A DNA stretch of 59,659 nt from NCBI GenBank assembly GCA_017452475.1, contig JAFTMJ010000044.1:1-59659 (forward strand). The letters run 5' to 3'. The stretch is from Clostridia bacterium (GTDB lineage: Bacteria; Bacillota; Clostridia; Oscillospirales; CAG-272). Shown in pieces: positions 48,718 to 58,758 of this stretch. Below the pieces are notes generated by a model that saw only the letters and a program-made list of their open reading frames with translations, made no database searches and was not told the DNA's origin. Each line of letters starts with the position of its first letter. The first letter of the stretch is position 1. A program made the translations under genes and the position numbers.

Positions 48718-48939
48718 ATTCCCGCCGAGCCGTGTGAACCGTAAAAGCGAACCTTGTTTTACCAAGGGTGGTGTCCTCATAATACATTCCGTTAGCTTCC
48801 AACATCTGCATTAACCCGACCGGCAAAAGCCTCATTAAGAGGGGTTAGGCAGGAGGCCTGCTGTCCAGTATTGGATATTGGATTCCAATTATTTAAGTGT
48901 AGCTCGAATATGACGGTTAATCACGCACTAAGCAGGAAT
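48718..48939 (-). ncRNA. ssrS: Probable 6S RNA
   Basis: Minus-strand ends pair (ATTCCTGC..GTGA..AACCGT with ACGGTT.TCAC..GCGGGAAT); CCGTCATATTC and GGACACCACC-hairpin-GGTTC segments resemble Firmicutes 6S; T-tract at the 3' end. Confidence 0.75.
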
Positions 48940-48977
48940 AAAAATATTAAATTTTTTAAAAATAGCTGACCCTGTGT

Positions 48978-49232
48978 CTATTTTTTGTCGTGGTCCACGG
49001 TATTAATGCGGGCATCAATCACAGGGAAAACCTTGTCAAGCTCTGCCCCCTCGACGGGAACGTAGGTGTCCTCCTTTTTGTTTGAGGTAACCTTTTTCAA
49101 AACATAGTATTCGGTAGGGGCAATAGCCACATAGGTGCTGCCGTCTATTTCGCACTCGTCAATCAGCTCATAAACGGTTTCGCTTCCGTCATCCTCTGTA
49201 AAGGTTAGAAAACGCTTGCTTTCATTATTCAT
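48978..49232 (-). CDS. DUF1292-like acidic small protein
   Basis: LTFTEDDGSE..YELIDECEIDGSTYVAIAP. Confidence 0.7.
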   Translation of the reverse strand: MNNESKRFLTFTEDDGSETVYELIDECEIDGSTYVAIAPTEYYVLKKVTSNKKEDTYVPVEGAELDKVFPVIDARINTVDHDKK

Positions 49233-49256
49233 ATTATTAACCTTCCTGCTGTTTTT

Positions 49257-49285
49257 ATTCTATCATAGACAGTAAATTATGTCAA
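49257..49285 (-). promoter_or_regulatory. Sigma-A promoter for the DUF1292 gene (and possibly 6S RNA)
   Basis: Minus strand TTGACA-17 nt-TAGAAT with extended TG. Confidence 0.7.
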
Positions 49286-49313
49286 CCTACCGATAGTTGG
49301 TATTAGTCAACTG

Positions 49314-50531
49314 TCAGTTTTCCTCTATTTTGTTGTCGCCAAAGTGCTTAACAACAATAACCTGGCGAGTTTGAAGCGCCTCATCAACCAGGGCGTTAAA
49401 GTCAAGCTTGTTTTCCTCTGCTATAACAGCCTCAAGCTCGGGCCGTGTCCTTGGGTGGCGTGGGGTGAACACGGTACAGCAATCCTCATACGGCAAAACA
49501 GATGTTTCAAAGGCGCCGATTTTCCTTGAAATGGAGATAATCTCTTCTTTATCCATTCCGATAAGCGGACGGTAAATAGGAATGTCGGACAGCACATTTG
49601 TAACATTAATCGCCTTCATTGTTTGGCTTGCAACCTGACCTAAGCTTTCGCCCGTGATAATAGCCTCGCAGTCGTACTGATGGGCAAGCTTAACTGAAAT
49701 TGCCATCATATAGCGGCGGAGCAACAGGGTAAAGTAATCCTCGTCACAGTTGTCACGGATAAGCTCCTGTATTTTGGTTAGGGACACAACATGCACCCTT
49801 ACCCTTAATGTGTAGTCCGTTAAAATTTTGGCAAGCTCCAAAACCTTTTCCTTGGCGCGCTCGGAGGTGTAGGGGAAGCTTTCAAAGTGGATAGCCTCAA
49901 GCTGTACGCCGCGCTTTGCCATCATAAATCCTGCCACAGGGGAGTCAATTCCGCCGGAAAGGAGCAAAAGACCTCTGCCGCTGGAGCCGTATGGAATTCC
50001 GCCTGCGCCCTTTTCCTGTCCTGCGTGGATAAATGCCTCCTTTTCACGGATTTCCACACGCAAAACAACCTCGGGGTTATGCACATCAACCTTAATGCCG
50101 CGCACGGTTGAAAGGACACAGCCGCCAACCTCATCGGAAATTTGCGGGGAGGTCAAGGGGAAGCGCTTGTCACTCCTCTTTGCCTCAACCTTAAAGGTTT
50201 TGTAGCCCTTCAGCCTTTCGGGCATAAGAGTACGCACAACCTCTAAAATTTCCTCCATATTCTTTTGGCAGGTATAAGCGCGGGAGACGCCCACAAAGCC
50301 GAAAACGTGCTTTGCGTGCCAATACATTTCGTCAATTCTGTCAATCGCCTCTTCGTCTGTTGGCTCGATATAAACGGTGCTTTGAGAATAGAAAACATTA
50401 TAGTTGCCTATTCTTTTTGCCCTCATTCTTAATTCCTTCAGCATCTTCTTTTCAAATTCGCTTCGGTTAGCGCCCTTAAGCACCACCTCGCCGTATTTGC
50501 AAAGGATTACCTCTTTTGTATTTTCAATCAT
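49314..50531 (-). CDS. thiI: tRNA 4-thiouridine synthase
   Basis: YGEVVLKG.NR, THUMP domain, LLSGGIDSPVA, GESLGQVASQT, EDCC. Confidence 0.95.
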   Translation of the reverse strand: MIENTKEVILCKYGEVVLKGANRSEFEKKMLKELRMRAKRIGNYNVFYSQSTVYIEPTDEEAIDRIDEMYWHAKHVFGFVGVSRAYTCQKNMEEILEVVRTLMPERLKGYKTFKVEAKRSDKRFPLTSPQISDEVGGCVLSTVRGIKVDVHNPEVVLRVEIREKEAFIHAGQEKGAGGIPYGSSGRGLLLLSGGIDSPVAGFMMAKRGVQLEAIHFESFPYTSERAKEKVLELAKILTDYTLRVRVHVVSLTKIQELIRDNCDEDYFTLLLRRYMMAISVKLAHQYDCEAIITGESLGQVASQTMKAINVTNVLSDIPIYRPLIGMDKEEIISISRKIGAFETSVLPYEDCCTVFTPRHPRTRPELEAVIAEENKLDFNALVDEALQTRQVIVVKHFGDNKIEEN

Positions 50532-51778
50532 CTTATGTGTCCGTCACCTTTTATAATATATTTTGTGGTTGTAAGGGCAGAAAGACCCATAGGTCCCCTT
50601 GCGTGGAGCTTTTGGGTGGAAATACCGATTTCCGCGCCTAAGCCAAACTCGCCGCCGTCTGTAAACCTTGTGGAAGCGTTAACATAAAGGGAGCAGGAGT
50701 CAATGGCAGAAACAAAGTAGTCCGCATTCCTTGCGTTTTCAGTTATTATGCTTTCGCTGTGGCCTGTGGAGTATTTTCTTATGTGGTCAACTGCCTCGTA
50801 AACGTCCTCAACAACCTTACAGCTAATGATGTAATCATCGTACTCCGTGTCAAAATCCTTTTCTGTTGCCTTAGCAATTTGCGGCAAAATCGCACAGGAT
50901 TTTTCGCAACCGCGAAATTCAAGGTTAAATTTCCTCGTTTCCTCATAGAAGCGGGGTAAAAATTCGGATGCAACCCTCTTGCTTACCAGCACGGTTTCGA
51001 TTGCGTTGCAAACGGATGGGCGGGAGCATTTTGCATTTACGGCAACCTTAATTGCCATATCAATGTCACCGCTGTCATCTACATACAGGTGGCAGTTACC
51101 TGCGCCTGTTTCGATAACGGGAACCTTTGCGTTATTAACAACGCTTTGGATAAGACCCTTGCCGCCTCTTGGAATAAGCACATCAACAAGACCGCGCATT
51201 TCCATTAAGGCATTTGCACTGTCACGGGTAGTGTTTTCAACCAAGCAAACGCAGTTTTCGTCAAAGCCGCACATATTAAGGGCATTTCTTATAATTCCAA
51301 CAACGCATTTGTTTGTGTTAATTGCCTCCTTGCCGCCGCGAAGCACAACCGCATTGCCACTCTTCAGGCAAAGGGATGCAGCATCGGGCGTTACATTTGG
51401 GCGCGCCTCATATATCATCGCAACAACGCCCAAGGGCACGCGTGTGCATTCGATTTTTAGTCCGTTAGGGCGGGTAAAGGTGGAGCCTGTGCCAATTGGG
51501 TCGGGCAGGGATACCACGTGCTCAATTGCCCTTGCAAGGCCCTCGACCCTTTGCTCGTTTAGCATAAGGCGGTCAAGCATAGCGTCGCTTATGCCGTTGT
51601 CCTTCGCCTTGCTTAGGTCGAGCTTGTTTGCCTCAATAATATCCTTGCAGTTATCTCTTAGCGCCTGCGCAATTTTCAAAAGCGCATTATCTCTTTCCCC
51701 TGTGCTTTTTGTTGCCAAGGAGTAGGATGCCTCCTTTGCGCTTTGGCACAGAGCTTTTATTTCGTTAAATATATCCAT
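50528..51778 (-). CDS. proA: Glutamate-5-semialdehyde dehydrogenase
   Basis: IYEARPNVT, CNAIET, NASTRFTDG, ISTQKLHARGP. Confidence 0.96.
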   Translation of the reverse strand: MDIFNEIKALCQSAKEASYSLATKSTGERDNALLKIAQALRDNCKDIIEANKLDLSKAKDNGISDAMLDRLMLNEQRVEGLARAIEHVVSLPDPIGTGSTFTRPNGLKIECTRVPLGVVAMIYEARPNVTPDAASLCLKSGNAVVLRGGKEAINTNKCVVGIIRNALNMCGFDENCVCLVENTTRDSANALMEMRGLVDVLIPRGGKGLIQSVVNNAKVPVIETGAGNCHLYVDDSGDIDMAIKVAVNAKCSRPSVCNAIETVLVSKRVASEFLPRFYEETRKFNLEFRGCEKSCAILPQIAKATEKDFDTEYDDYIISCKVVEDVYEAVDHIRKYSTGHSESIITENARNADYFVSAIDSCSLYVNASTRFTDGGEFGLGAEIGISTQKLHARGPMGLSALTTTKYIIKGDGHIR

Positions 51779-51811
51779 AGTTTACCTCACAAATGTGCGC
51801 TTGACCCGAAA

Positions 51812-52600
51812 TTATTTTGCCTTTTTTGTTGCAAAATAAGTGCCCAGGTGCTTGCCGTCTAAAATATCGTATAGCTTATATGGGTTTTCACCGTTGATTA
51901 TAAGCATTGGTATACCGTTGTCAGTGGCGATTTTAGCCGCCTCTATCTTGGTTGCCATTCCTCCTGTGCCGCGCTTTGTGCCTGCTCCACCTGCGTATGC
52001 CATAACCTCATCGTTAATTTCATCTACACGGTCGATAAGCACCGCATCGTCAAACTTCCTTGGGTCCTTGTTGTAAAGACCGTCAATGTCACTCATATTA
52101 ATAATCAAATCCGCATCGCAGGCAATACCCACATAGGCGGAAAGGGTATCGTTACCGCCGAAGCGAATACCGTCACAGGAAACGGAGTCGTTTTCGTTAA
52201 CGATAGGCACACAGCCCATTTTAATCAGAGCATTAAAGGTGTTTTTAACAAGCTCAAGGCGGTGTGGGTCATCAACAACATCCTTAGTCATAAGTATTTG
52301 ACCCACGGTTTTTCCGTAGTTGGCAAAAAAGTTTTCGTAAATCTTCATAAGCTGGCTTTGACCAACCGCCGCGCACGCCTGCTTCTTTTCGAGAGTGTCG
52401 GGGTACTCGGTAAGGGCTAAGCGGGCAAAGCCTGCGCTAACCGCACCGGAGCTGACAAGGGTAATTTCGTGCCCTGCGTTCTTAAAATCGGAAAGGGTAC
52501 GCACCAACGCCTCAATGCGCCTAAAGTTTAAAGCGCCGTTAGGATAGGTAAGGGTGGAGGTGCCGATTTTTACCACAATTCTTTTGCAATTACTTAACAT
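51812..52600 (-). CDS. proB: Glutamate 5-kinase (no PUA domain)
   Basis: VVKIGTS, VSSGAV, NENDSV, GTGGMATK; start reset to ATG 52600 behind GGAG. Confidence 0.94.
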   Translation of the reverse strand: MLSNCKRIVVKIGTSTLTYPNGALNFRRIEALVRTLSDFKNAGHEITLVSSGAVSAGFARLALTEYPDTLEKKQACAAVGQSQLMKIYENFFANYGKTVGQILMTKDVVDDPHRLELVKNTFNALIKMGCVPIVNENDSVSCDGIRFGGNDTLSAYVGIACDADLIINMSDIDGLYNKDPRKFDDAVLIDRVDEINDEVMAYAGGAGTKRGTGGMATKIEAAKIATDNGIPMLIINGENPYKLYDILDGKHLGTYFATKKAK

Positions 52601-52726
52601 ATTTATAAAACTCCAAAAATAGAAAAATTCGCTTGATAAACAAAAACAAATATAGTATAATGAAACTGTTAGTAATATTATATATGTTAACGCTTGAAAT
52701 TTCAAGTGTTTTGAAAGGAAAAGGTT

Positions 52727-53032
52727 ATGAAAGAGAAGATTTATGTTGAAATAAAGGGCATTAGGCTTGGTATAATTACCGAGGACGGACGTGAATATGT
52801 TGAAAGCATAGTTAAACAGCTTGAGGAGCAGCTAAACGGGGTAATGGGCGGACAAAGAGGCTGCACCTTGATTGAAGCCGCGCTTTTTGCGGGACTTAGC
52901 CTGCAAAGCAAGTCTGTGGAGGATGACAAGAAAATTAAAAATCTTGAAACACAGCTTACCCTGTATCAAGCAAATGTGAACAGGCTAAAGGCTGAAAATG
53001 AAGAGCTGAGAACAAGGCTTGCTCAAAGATAG
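52727..53032 (+). CDS. zapA: Cell division protein ZapA-like
   Basis: N-terminal beta hairpin (VEIKG), EYV..I...L helix, C-terminal coiled coil; precedes a U32 gene. Confidence 0.6.
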   Translation: MKEKIYVEIKGIRLGIITEDGREYVESIVKQLEEQLNGVMGGQRGCTLIEAALFAGLSLQSKSVEDDKKIKNLETQLTLYQANVNRLKAENEELRTRLAQR

Positions 53033-53033
53033 T

Positions 53034-55013
53034 ATGAAAAAAATAGAAATTTTGGCTCCCTGTGGGGATATGGATGCGCTGAAAAGCGCCGTTTACGCAG
53101 GGTGTGACGCGGTTTATTTCGGCTTAGAACTGTTTAACGCAAGGATAAGGGCGAAAAACTTTACCCTTGAAGCATTGGGTGAGGCGGTGCGCTTTTGCCA
53201 CGCCCACGGTGTTAAGGTATATGTGACTCTTAACACCCAGCTTTTTGAACGGGAGCTTGAAAAAGCTCTGCAGTATGTGGGTAAGGCTTATGAGTGTGGG
53301 GTTGATGCGCTGATCGTTGCTGATTTCGGCGTTGCCTCCTTGATTAAGGAGCATTACCCCGAGCTTGAAATTCACGCAAGCACACAGGCAAGCGCCCATA
53401 ACCTTGACGGCGTCGAGCTTTTGCACAGCTCCTTGGGCTTTAGCCGCGTGGTGCTGGCTCGTGAGCTTGATTACAAAAGCATAAAGTATATAAGTGAAAA
53501 TGCGGAGGCGGAGACGGAAGTTTTTGTTCACGGCGCCCACTGTATGTCCGTATCGGGGCAGTGCCTTGCCAGCTATTGTATGGGTGGCAGAAGCGGAAAC
53601 AGGGGCGAGTGCGCGCAGCCCTGTCGCTTGCCGTATACAATCGGTAAGGAAAAGGGCTACCATTTAAGCCTTAAGGATATGTCCCTGTCAAGCCACATCC
53701 CGGAGCTTTTAAGCAGTGGCGTTGCCTCGCTGAAAATTGAAGGGAGAATGAAAAACGGCGCCTATGTTGGCGGCACCGTGTCTGTTTGGAGAAGGCTGAT
53801 AGACGAAAAAAGGAACGCCACAAGAGGGGAATTATCCACACTGGGGGCTTTGTTTTCCCGTGGCGGCTTTACAGACGGATACTTTATAAATAAGATTGAC
53901 AAATCAATGCTTGGAATTCGCTCCGATGAGGATAAGGAAAGGACAAGCAGGGTTGACAGTGGCGAAGTGGCAGAGAAAAAGGCGGGCATTGCCTTAGTGG
54001 CAGACCTTTACATAGGTCAAAGGAGCAAGCTTACGCTTATTCACCCGTCAAAAACCGTTACCGTTTACGGCGCGGTGGTGGAGAAAGCCATAAATAATCC
54101 GATGTCACAGGCTGATGTGGAGAAAAATCTAATAAAATTCGGCAACACTCCTTTTACAGTGGAGAAAATCACTGTAAATATGGACAACGGTATAATGATT
54201 AGAAATTCCGCGCTTAATGAGCTTAGGCGCACAGCGGTTGAGGAGCTGTTTAACACAGGAAGGAAGTCAAAGGAAATTCACCTAAGCCCTGTAAAAACAG
54301 ACACTCCCCCCACAAAAATTAAAACCGCCCTGTTTAATAACGAAGGTCAAATCCCTGCAAATTATGAGTACTTTGACATTCGCTTTCTTCCCTTGAATAG
54401 GTATAAGGGCTCAAGCGCGGTAAACGGCGTTGCCCTGCCCCCCGTTGTTCTTGACAAGGAGTGGGGCGAGGTTACAAAAATGCTGGAGCTTTGCCGTGAA
54501 AGGGGGATAAAATTTGCCCTTGTTTCCAACATAGGACAGGTGGAAAGGGTAAGGTCACTGGGCTTTGAAATTATTGGTGATTACCGCTTTAATGTGTTTA
54601 ACTCGTATACCGTAAAATACTTAAAATCCATTGGAATTGAACGGTGCATTGTGTCCCCCGAGCTTTCCTTGGCGCAGCTAAGGGACTTTTGCGGTCAAGG
54701 GGTTATTGTCTATGGCAAGCTCCCTGTTATGACAACCCATAAGTGCGTTTTGAAGGACACCTACGGGTGCGAAAAATGTAAGGGCTACATAAAAGACAGA
54801 CAAGGGGCAAGCCTTTTTGCCGAGGGAGTGTACGGACACAGAAATATCATATACAACAGCGTTCCCATTTATATGGCTGATAAAAAAACCGATATATACC
54901 CATATTCTCACCACTTTATTTTCAGCGATGAAAAGAGGGATGAGGCATACGAAATTATAGAAGCATACAAAAACGGCACTGCATCAAGCAGGAGCATAAA
55001 GAGGATAAAATGA
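53034..55013 (+). CDS. U32 family protein (long, RlhA-like RNA hydroxylation protein)
   Basis: EILAP, DAVYFG, HASTQ, LAREL, HGAHCMSVSGQC, NRGECAQPCR, LKIEGRMK. Confidence 0.88.
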   Translation: MKKIEILAPCGDMDALKSAVYAGCDAVYFGLELFNARIRAKNFTLEALGEAVRFCHAHGVKVYVTLNTQLFERELEKALQYVGKAYECGVDALIVADFGVASLIKEHYPELEIHASTQASAHNLDGVELLHSSLGFSRVVLARELDYKSIKYISENAEAETEVFVHGAHCMSVSGQCLASYCMGGRSGNRGECAQPCRLPYTIGKEKGYHLSLKDMSLSSHIPELLSSGVASLKIEGRMKNGAYVGGTVSVWRRLIDEKRNATRGELSTLGALFSRGGFTDGYFINKIDKSMLGIRSDEDKERTSRVDSGEVAEKKAGIALVADLYIGQRSKLTLIHPSKTVTVYGAVVEKAINNPMSQADVEKNLIKFGNTPFTVEKITVNMDNGIMIRNSALNELRRTAVEELFNTGRKSKEIHLSPVKTDTPPTKIKTALFNNEGQIPANYEYFDIRFLPLNRYKGSSAVNGVALPPVVLDKEWGEVTKMLELCRERGIKFALVSNIGQVERVRSLGFEIIGDYRFNVFNSYTVKYLKSIGIERCIVSPELSLAQLRDFCGQGVIVYGKLPVMTTHKCVLKDTYGCEKCKGYIKDRQGASLFAEGVYGHRNIIYNSVPIYMADKKTDIYPYSHHFIFSDEKRDEAYEIIEAYKNGTASSRSIKRIK

Positions 55014-55576
55014 AAATAGTTTTAGGTTCAAAATCTCCAAGAAGGCGTGAAATCCTTGGAATGGTTACAAAGGATTTTGAGGTTAGAGTGTCTTATGCTG
55101 ACGAAAGCTATGGCGCGGATACACCTCTTCAAGATGTGCCAAGGCTCTTGGCGGAAAGAAAGGCAATGGCGGTTGAGGCTGCGCAGGATGAGGTGATTAT
55201 CGGCTGTGACACTGTAGTTATTTACGATGGCGAGCTTATGGGCAAGCCAAGGGACAAGGCGGAGGCAATCGGTATGCTAAAGAGGTTAAGCGGCACCACC
55301 CATCAGGTAATTAGCGGCATTTGTGTCCGCACAAGGGACAGGATGCACAGTGACTCCGTTACTACCTATGTTAAGTTTCGTGATTTAACCGACGGTGAGA
55401 TTGAAAACTATGTAAACCGCGAGAACCCCGTTGACAAGGCGGGGGCATACGGCATACAGGAGTCAGCAGGCGCCTTTGTTGAAAAAATCGACGGTGATTT
55501 TTACAATGTTGTGGGCTTGCCGCTTTGCAGGCTTTGCGAAATTTTGAAAAACGAGCTCGGAATTGAGCTGCTTTAG
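55010..55576 (+). CDS. maf: Maf-family nucleoside triphosphate pyrophosphatase
   Basis: LGSKSPRRREIL, GCDTVV, DKAGAYGIQ, NVVGLP. Confidence 0.94.
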   Translation: MKIVLGSKSPRRREILGMVTKDFEVRVSYADESYGADTPLQDVPRLLAERKAMAVEAAQDEVIIGCDTVVIYDGELMGKPRDKAEAIGMLKRLSGTTHQVISGICVRTRDRMHSDSVTTYVKFRDLTDGEIENYVNRENPVDKAGAYGIQESAGAFVEKIDGDFYNVVGLPLCRLCEILKNELGIELL

Positions 55577-55588
55577 AAGGAGGGCACC

Positions 55589-56239
55589 TTGACTAAAAAG
55601 GAAAAGCGTGAAAAAATAGCCAAGGTTGTCTTGGCGCTAAAGGAGGTCTACCCGGAGGCAAAATGCTCCCTTGAATATGAGGGGGACCCGTGGAAGCTCC
55701 TTATAATGGGTCGGCTCAGCGCCCAATGCACTGACGAGCGCGTGAATATAGTGTGCAAGGAGCTTTTTAAAAGCTTCCCAACTCCTGTATCCTTGGCGGA
55801 GGCGCCCAATGCGGAAATAGAGGAAATTATAAAATCCTGCGGTCTTTTTAGAATGAAGGCGAAAAATATAAAGGATGCGTCAATTCGACTTGTAAGGGAC
55901 TACGGCGGGGTGCTGCCCGACACGATGGAGGAGCTTTTAAAATTTGAGGGCGTTGGCAGGAAGGTTGCCAACCTGTTGCTTGGGGACTTGTTCGGCAAGC
56001 CCGCAATAGTGGCGGACACCCACTGCATGCGCATTAACGGCAGGCTCGGTATGTACCGTGAGGGGATGAAGGACCCATTAAAAACAGAAAAAATTTTAAG
56101 CGAGCTGATTGAACCCGGTGAGCAGAGTGACTACTGTCACAGAATGGTGCTTTTCGGCAGGGATTTTTGCCGTGCCCAGAGCCCAAAATGCGACACGTGT
56201 CCCATAAAAACAATATGTAAGGATGAAAAAGATGATTGA
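55589..56239 (+). CDS. nth: Endonuclease III (TTG start)
   Basis: LSAQCTD, GVGRKVAN HhH, DTH, C-x6-C-x2-C-x5-C. Confidence 0.94.
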   Translation: MTKKEKREKIAKVVLALKEVYPEAKCSLEYEGDPWKLLIMGRLSAQCTDERVNIVCKELFKSFPTPVSLAEAPNAEIEEIIKSCGLFRMKAKNIKDASIRLVRDYGGVLPDTMEELLKFEGVGRKVANLLLGDLFGKPAIVADTHCMRINGRLGMYREGMKDPLKTEKILSELIEPGEQSDYCHRMVLFGRDFCRAQSPKCDTCPIKTICKDEKDD

Positions 56240-58652
56240 ATTTAAGAAATTACCAAAAGAAAAAAACGGAGAGTGCCTTGACCTTGTGTGGAGGGTTTTT
56301 AATGAGCTTGAAACACCTATTTTCGGGGAAAGCGCCGCACTTGAATATAAGAAAACAATTGATGAAGCAAGGAAAAAGGCTGATGTCACATTTTACGGTG
56401 CCTTGGACGGGGGCAGGGTTGTTGGCGCCCTTGGAATGAGGGAGAACAGCCACATCGGCTACTTCTACATTGACCCCTCGTACCGCAGACATGGCATCGG
56501 CAAAGCCCTTTTTAACCTTATGAAGGGGGACTATGACAGAAAGGATTTTACCGTAAACGCAATGCCCACAGGAATGGAGGCGTACAAGCGCCTTGGCTTT
56601 TCACAAGCGGGAAATTTGAAAAATAACGGCGGAGTTATTACCACACCTATGCGTTACAGGGAGAAAAATCTGTTAAAGAAAAACGGAAATGCCTTGGAAA
56701 GGTATTATAATTGCGAGCTTTTAAGGATTGAGCCCTGGGGCGAAAACGGCTTGCGTATCCGTTGCACACCCGATAATAAATTCAGCCAAAAGAACAGGGC
56801 GTTGCTGGAGCTTCCGCAGCTTGAGGCTGAAATTGAAATAGACGGGGACAGGGGCTATATTAAAAACGGTAATGCCAAGGCAACAATTGATGCTGACGGC
56901 AAGGTGACAATATACAATCAGCACGGAAGGGTGATGCTGGAGGAGTGCCTGGAGCTTCACCCGATAAAGCGCCCCGCAAGGCAATTTAAGCCCCGACTTT
57001 GCGGCTCATATGAGCTAACAATTACCTTTAAGTCTGACCCTAACGAAAGAATTTTCGGTATGGGTCAGTACCAGCAGCCCCTTCTAAATGTAAAGGGCTG
57101 TGTTTTGGAGCTTGCCCACAGAAATTCTCAGGCAAGCGTGCCCTTTTATATCTCCGACCTTGGCTACGGCTTCCTTTGGAATTTGCCTGCCATCGGTGAG
57201 GCTACCTTTGGCAAAAATGTAACAAAATGGAGGGCTGAGGCTTCAAGCGAGCTTGACTATCTTGTAATAGTTGACGACACCCCTAAGCAAATAGAGGAGA
57301 AATATATGACAGCGGTGGGCAAGGCGCCAAAAATGCCGATGCTTGCTCTCGGCTTTTGGCAGTCAAAGCTCCGTTACCGCACACAGGATGAGCTAATGGC
57401 GGTGGCAAGGAAATATAAGGAGCTTGGCATACCCTTAAGCGTTATAGTTTGCGACTTCTTCCACTGGCCGCACCAAGGAGATTTCCGCTTTGACTATGAC
57501 TATTTCCCAAGCCCTGAAAAGATGGCGGCAGAGCTAAGAGAAATGGGCACGGAGCTTATGGTTTCCGTTTGGCCAACCATTGAGTTTGGCAGTGAGAACT
57601 ATGAGGAAATGCTTGAAAAGGGCTTGCTCATAAGAAATGACAGGGGTCCTTCCAACCACACGGAGTTTGTTCACCCTGCGGTTTATTACGATACCACAAA
57701 CCCCGAGGCGAGAAAATTCGTTTGGGATGTGGCGAAGAAAAATTATTACGATAAGGGTATTCGCCTTTTCTGGCTTGATGAGGCAGAGCCTGAGTATATG
57801 CTTTACGATTATGACAACCACCGCTACTATGAGGGTATGTGCGCAGAGGTAGGCAATGTTTATCCTGTGGACTATGCTAAGGGCTTCTACGAGGGGCTTA
57901 AGGCGGCGGGAGAAACAGAGATAATAAGCCTTGTTAGGTGCGCTTGGGCAGGCTCCGCAAAATACGGTGCTCTTGTGTGGTCGGGTGACATTATGCCAAC
58001 CTTTGACTCACTTAAGTGTCAGGTTCGCGCAGGACTTAATATGGCAATTGCGGGTATCCCGTGGTGGACAACGGATATTGGCGGCTTTGACTACGGCGAT
58101 CCAAGCAACAAGGAGTATCAAGAGCTTGTAATGCGCTGGTTTGAGTATGCCACCTTCTGTCCCGTGCTAAGGCTGCACGGCTACCGCGCGCCCTACATCC
58201 CTGCTGACCCAAGTGCCACAGGCGGCGGACAGTGCTACACAGGCGGCGACAACGAGATTTGGAGCTTTGGGGATACCGCCTTTGAGGTTTGTAAGAACCA
58301 CATTTTCCTGCGTGAAAGGCTAAAGCCCTACATTATGGAGCAAATGGATATGGCGCACACTAACGGCACACCGCCTATGCGCCCCTTGTTCTATGATTAT
58401 TCAAGCGATAAGGCTTGTTGGGATATAGATGACCAATATATGTTCGGCGCTGACCTTATGGTTTGCCCTGTTATGGAGCTTGGTCAGCGAAACCGCACGG
58501 TTTATTTCCCACAGGGGGACACTTGGGTTGACCCATATACAGGCAAGGAGTATGCAGGCGGCACAAGCGAGTGTGTAGATGCGCCCCTTGAAAAGATACC
58601 TGTGTTTGTAAGAAAAGGCGGAGAGCTTAGCTCTTCTGTTTTCAAGGCATAA
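56232..58652 (+). CDS. GNAT acetyltransferase fused to a GH31 alpha-glycosidase (alpha-xylosidase-like)
   Basis: N-terminal RRHGIGKAL and YKRLGF; C-terminal IEPWG, WLDEAEP, WSGD, TDIGGF. Confidence 0.85.
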   Translation: MIEFKKLPKEKNGECLDLVWRVFNELETPIFGESAALEYKKTIDEARKKADVTFYGALDGGRVVGALGMRENSHIGYFYIDPSYRRHGIGKALFNLMKGDYDRKDFTVNAMPTGMEAYKRLGFSQAGNLKNNGGVITTPMRYREKNLLKKNGNALERYYNCELLRIEPWGENGLRIRCTPDNKFSQKNRALLELPQLEAEIEIDGDRGYIKNGNAKATIDADGKVTIYNQHGRVMLEECLELHPIKRPARQFKPRLCGSYELTITFKSDPNERIFGMGQYQQPLLNVKGCVLELAHRNSQASVPFYISDLGYGFLWNLPAIGEATFGKNVTKWRAEASSELDYLVIVDDTPKQIEEKYMTAVGKAPKMPMLALGFWQSKLRYRTQDELMAVARKYKELGIPLSVIVCDFFHWPHQGDFRFDYDYFPSPEKMAAELREMGTELMVSVWPTIEFGSENYEEMLEKGLLIRNDRGPSNHTEFVHPAVYYDTTNPEARKFVWDVAKKNYYDKGIRLFWLDEAEPEYMLYDYDNHRYYEGMCAEVGNVYPVDYAKGFYEGLKAAGETEIISLVRCAWAGSAKYGALVWSGDIMPTFDSLKCQVRAGLNMAIAGIPWWTTDIGGFDYGDPSNKEYQELVMRWFEYATFCPVLRLHGYRAPYIPADPSATGGGQCYTGGDNEIWSFGDTAFEVCKNHIFLRERLKPYIMEQMDMAHTNGTPPMRPLFYDYSSDKACWDIDDQYMFGADLMVCPVMELGQRNRTVYFPQGDTWVDPYTGKEYAGGTSECVDAPLEKIPVFVRKGGELSSSVFKA

Positions 58653-58658
58653 ACAACT

Positions 58659-58691
58659 AACGGTTGGGAAAAATTTTCATTCCCAACCGTT
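58659..58691. terminator. Hairpin/terminator after the GH31 gene
   Basis: AACGGTTGGGAA...TTCCCAACCGTT; weak T-tract. Confidence 0.55.
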
Positions 58692-58758
58692 AATATATGG
58701 ATTTTTTGTGAATTTTGTGGTTTAATATAATTATCCAGAATATTTTTAGGAGAGAACA

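Noticed and set aside
50979-51725. 248 aa plus-strand ORF
   Set aside because: Fully antisense to proA, with no recognisable motifs.
52601-52726. Proline T-box upstream of proB
   Set aside because: The 126 nt AT-rich divergent spacer has no T-box sequence or antiterminator.
53034-55013. Second U32 gene as part of the RiPP system
   Set aside because: It is 5 kb away in a separate zapA-U32-maf-nth unit and has canonical housekeeping U32 motifs.
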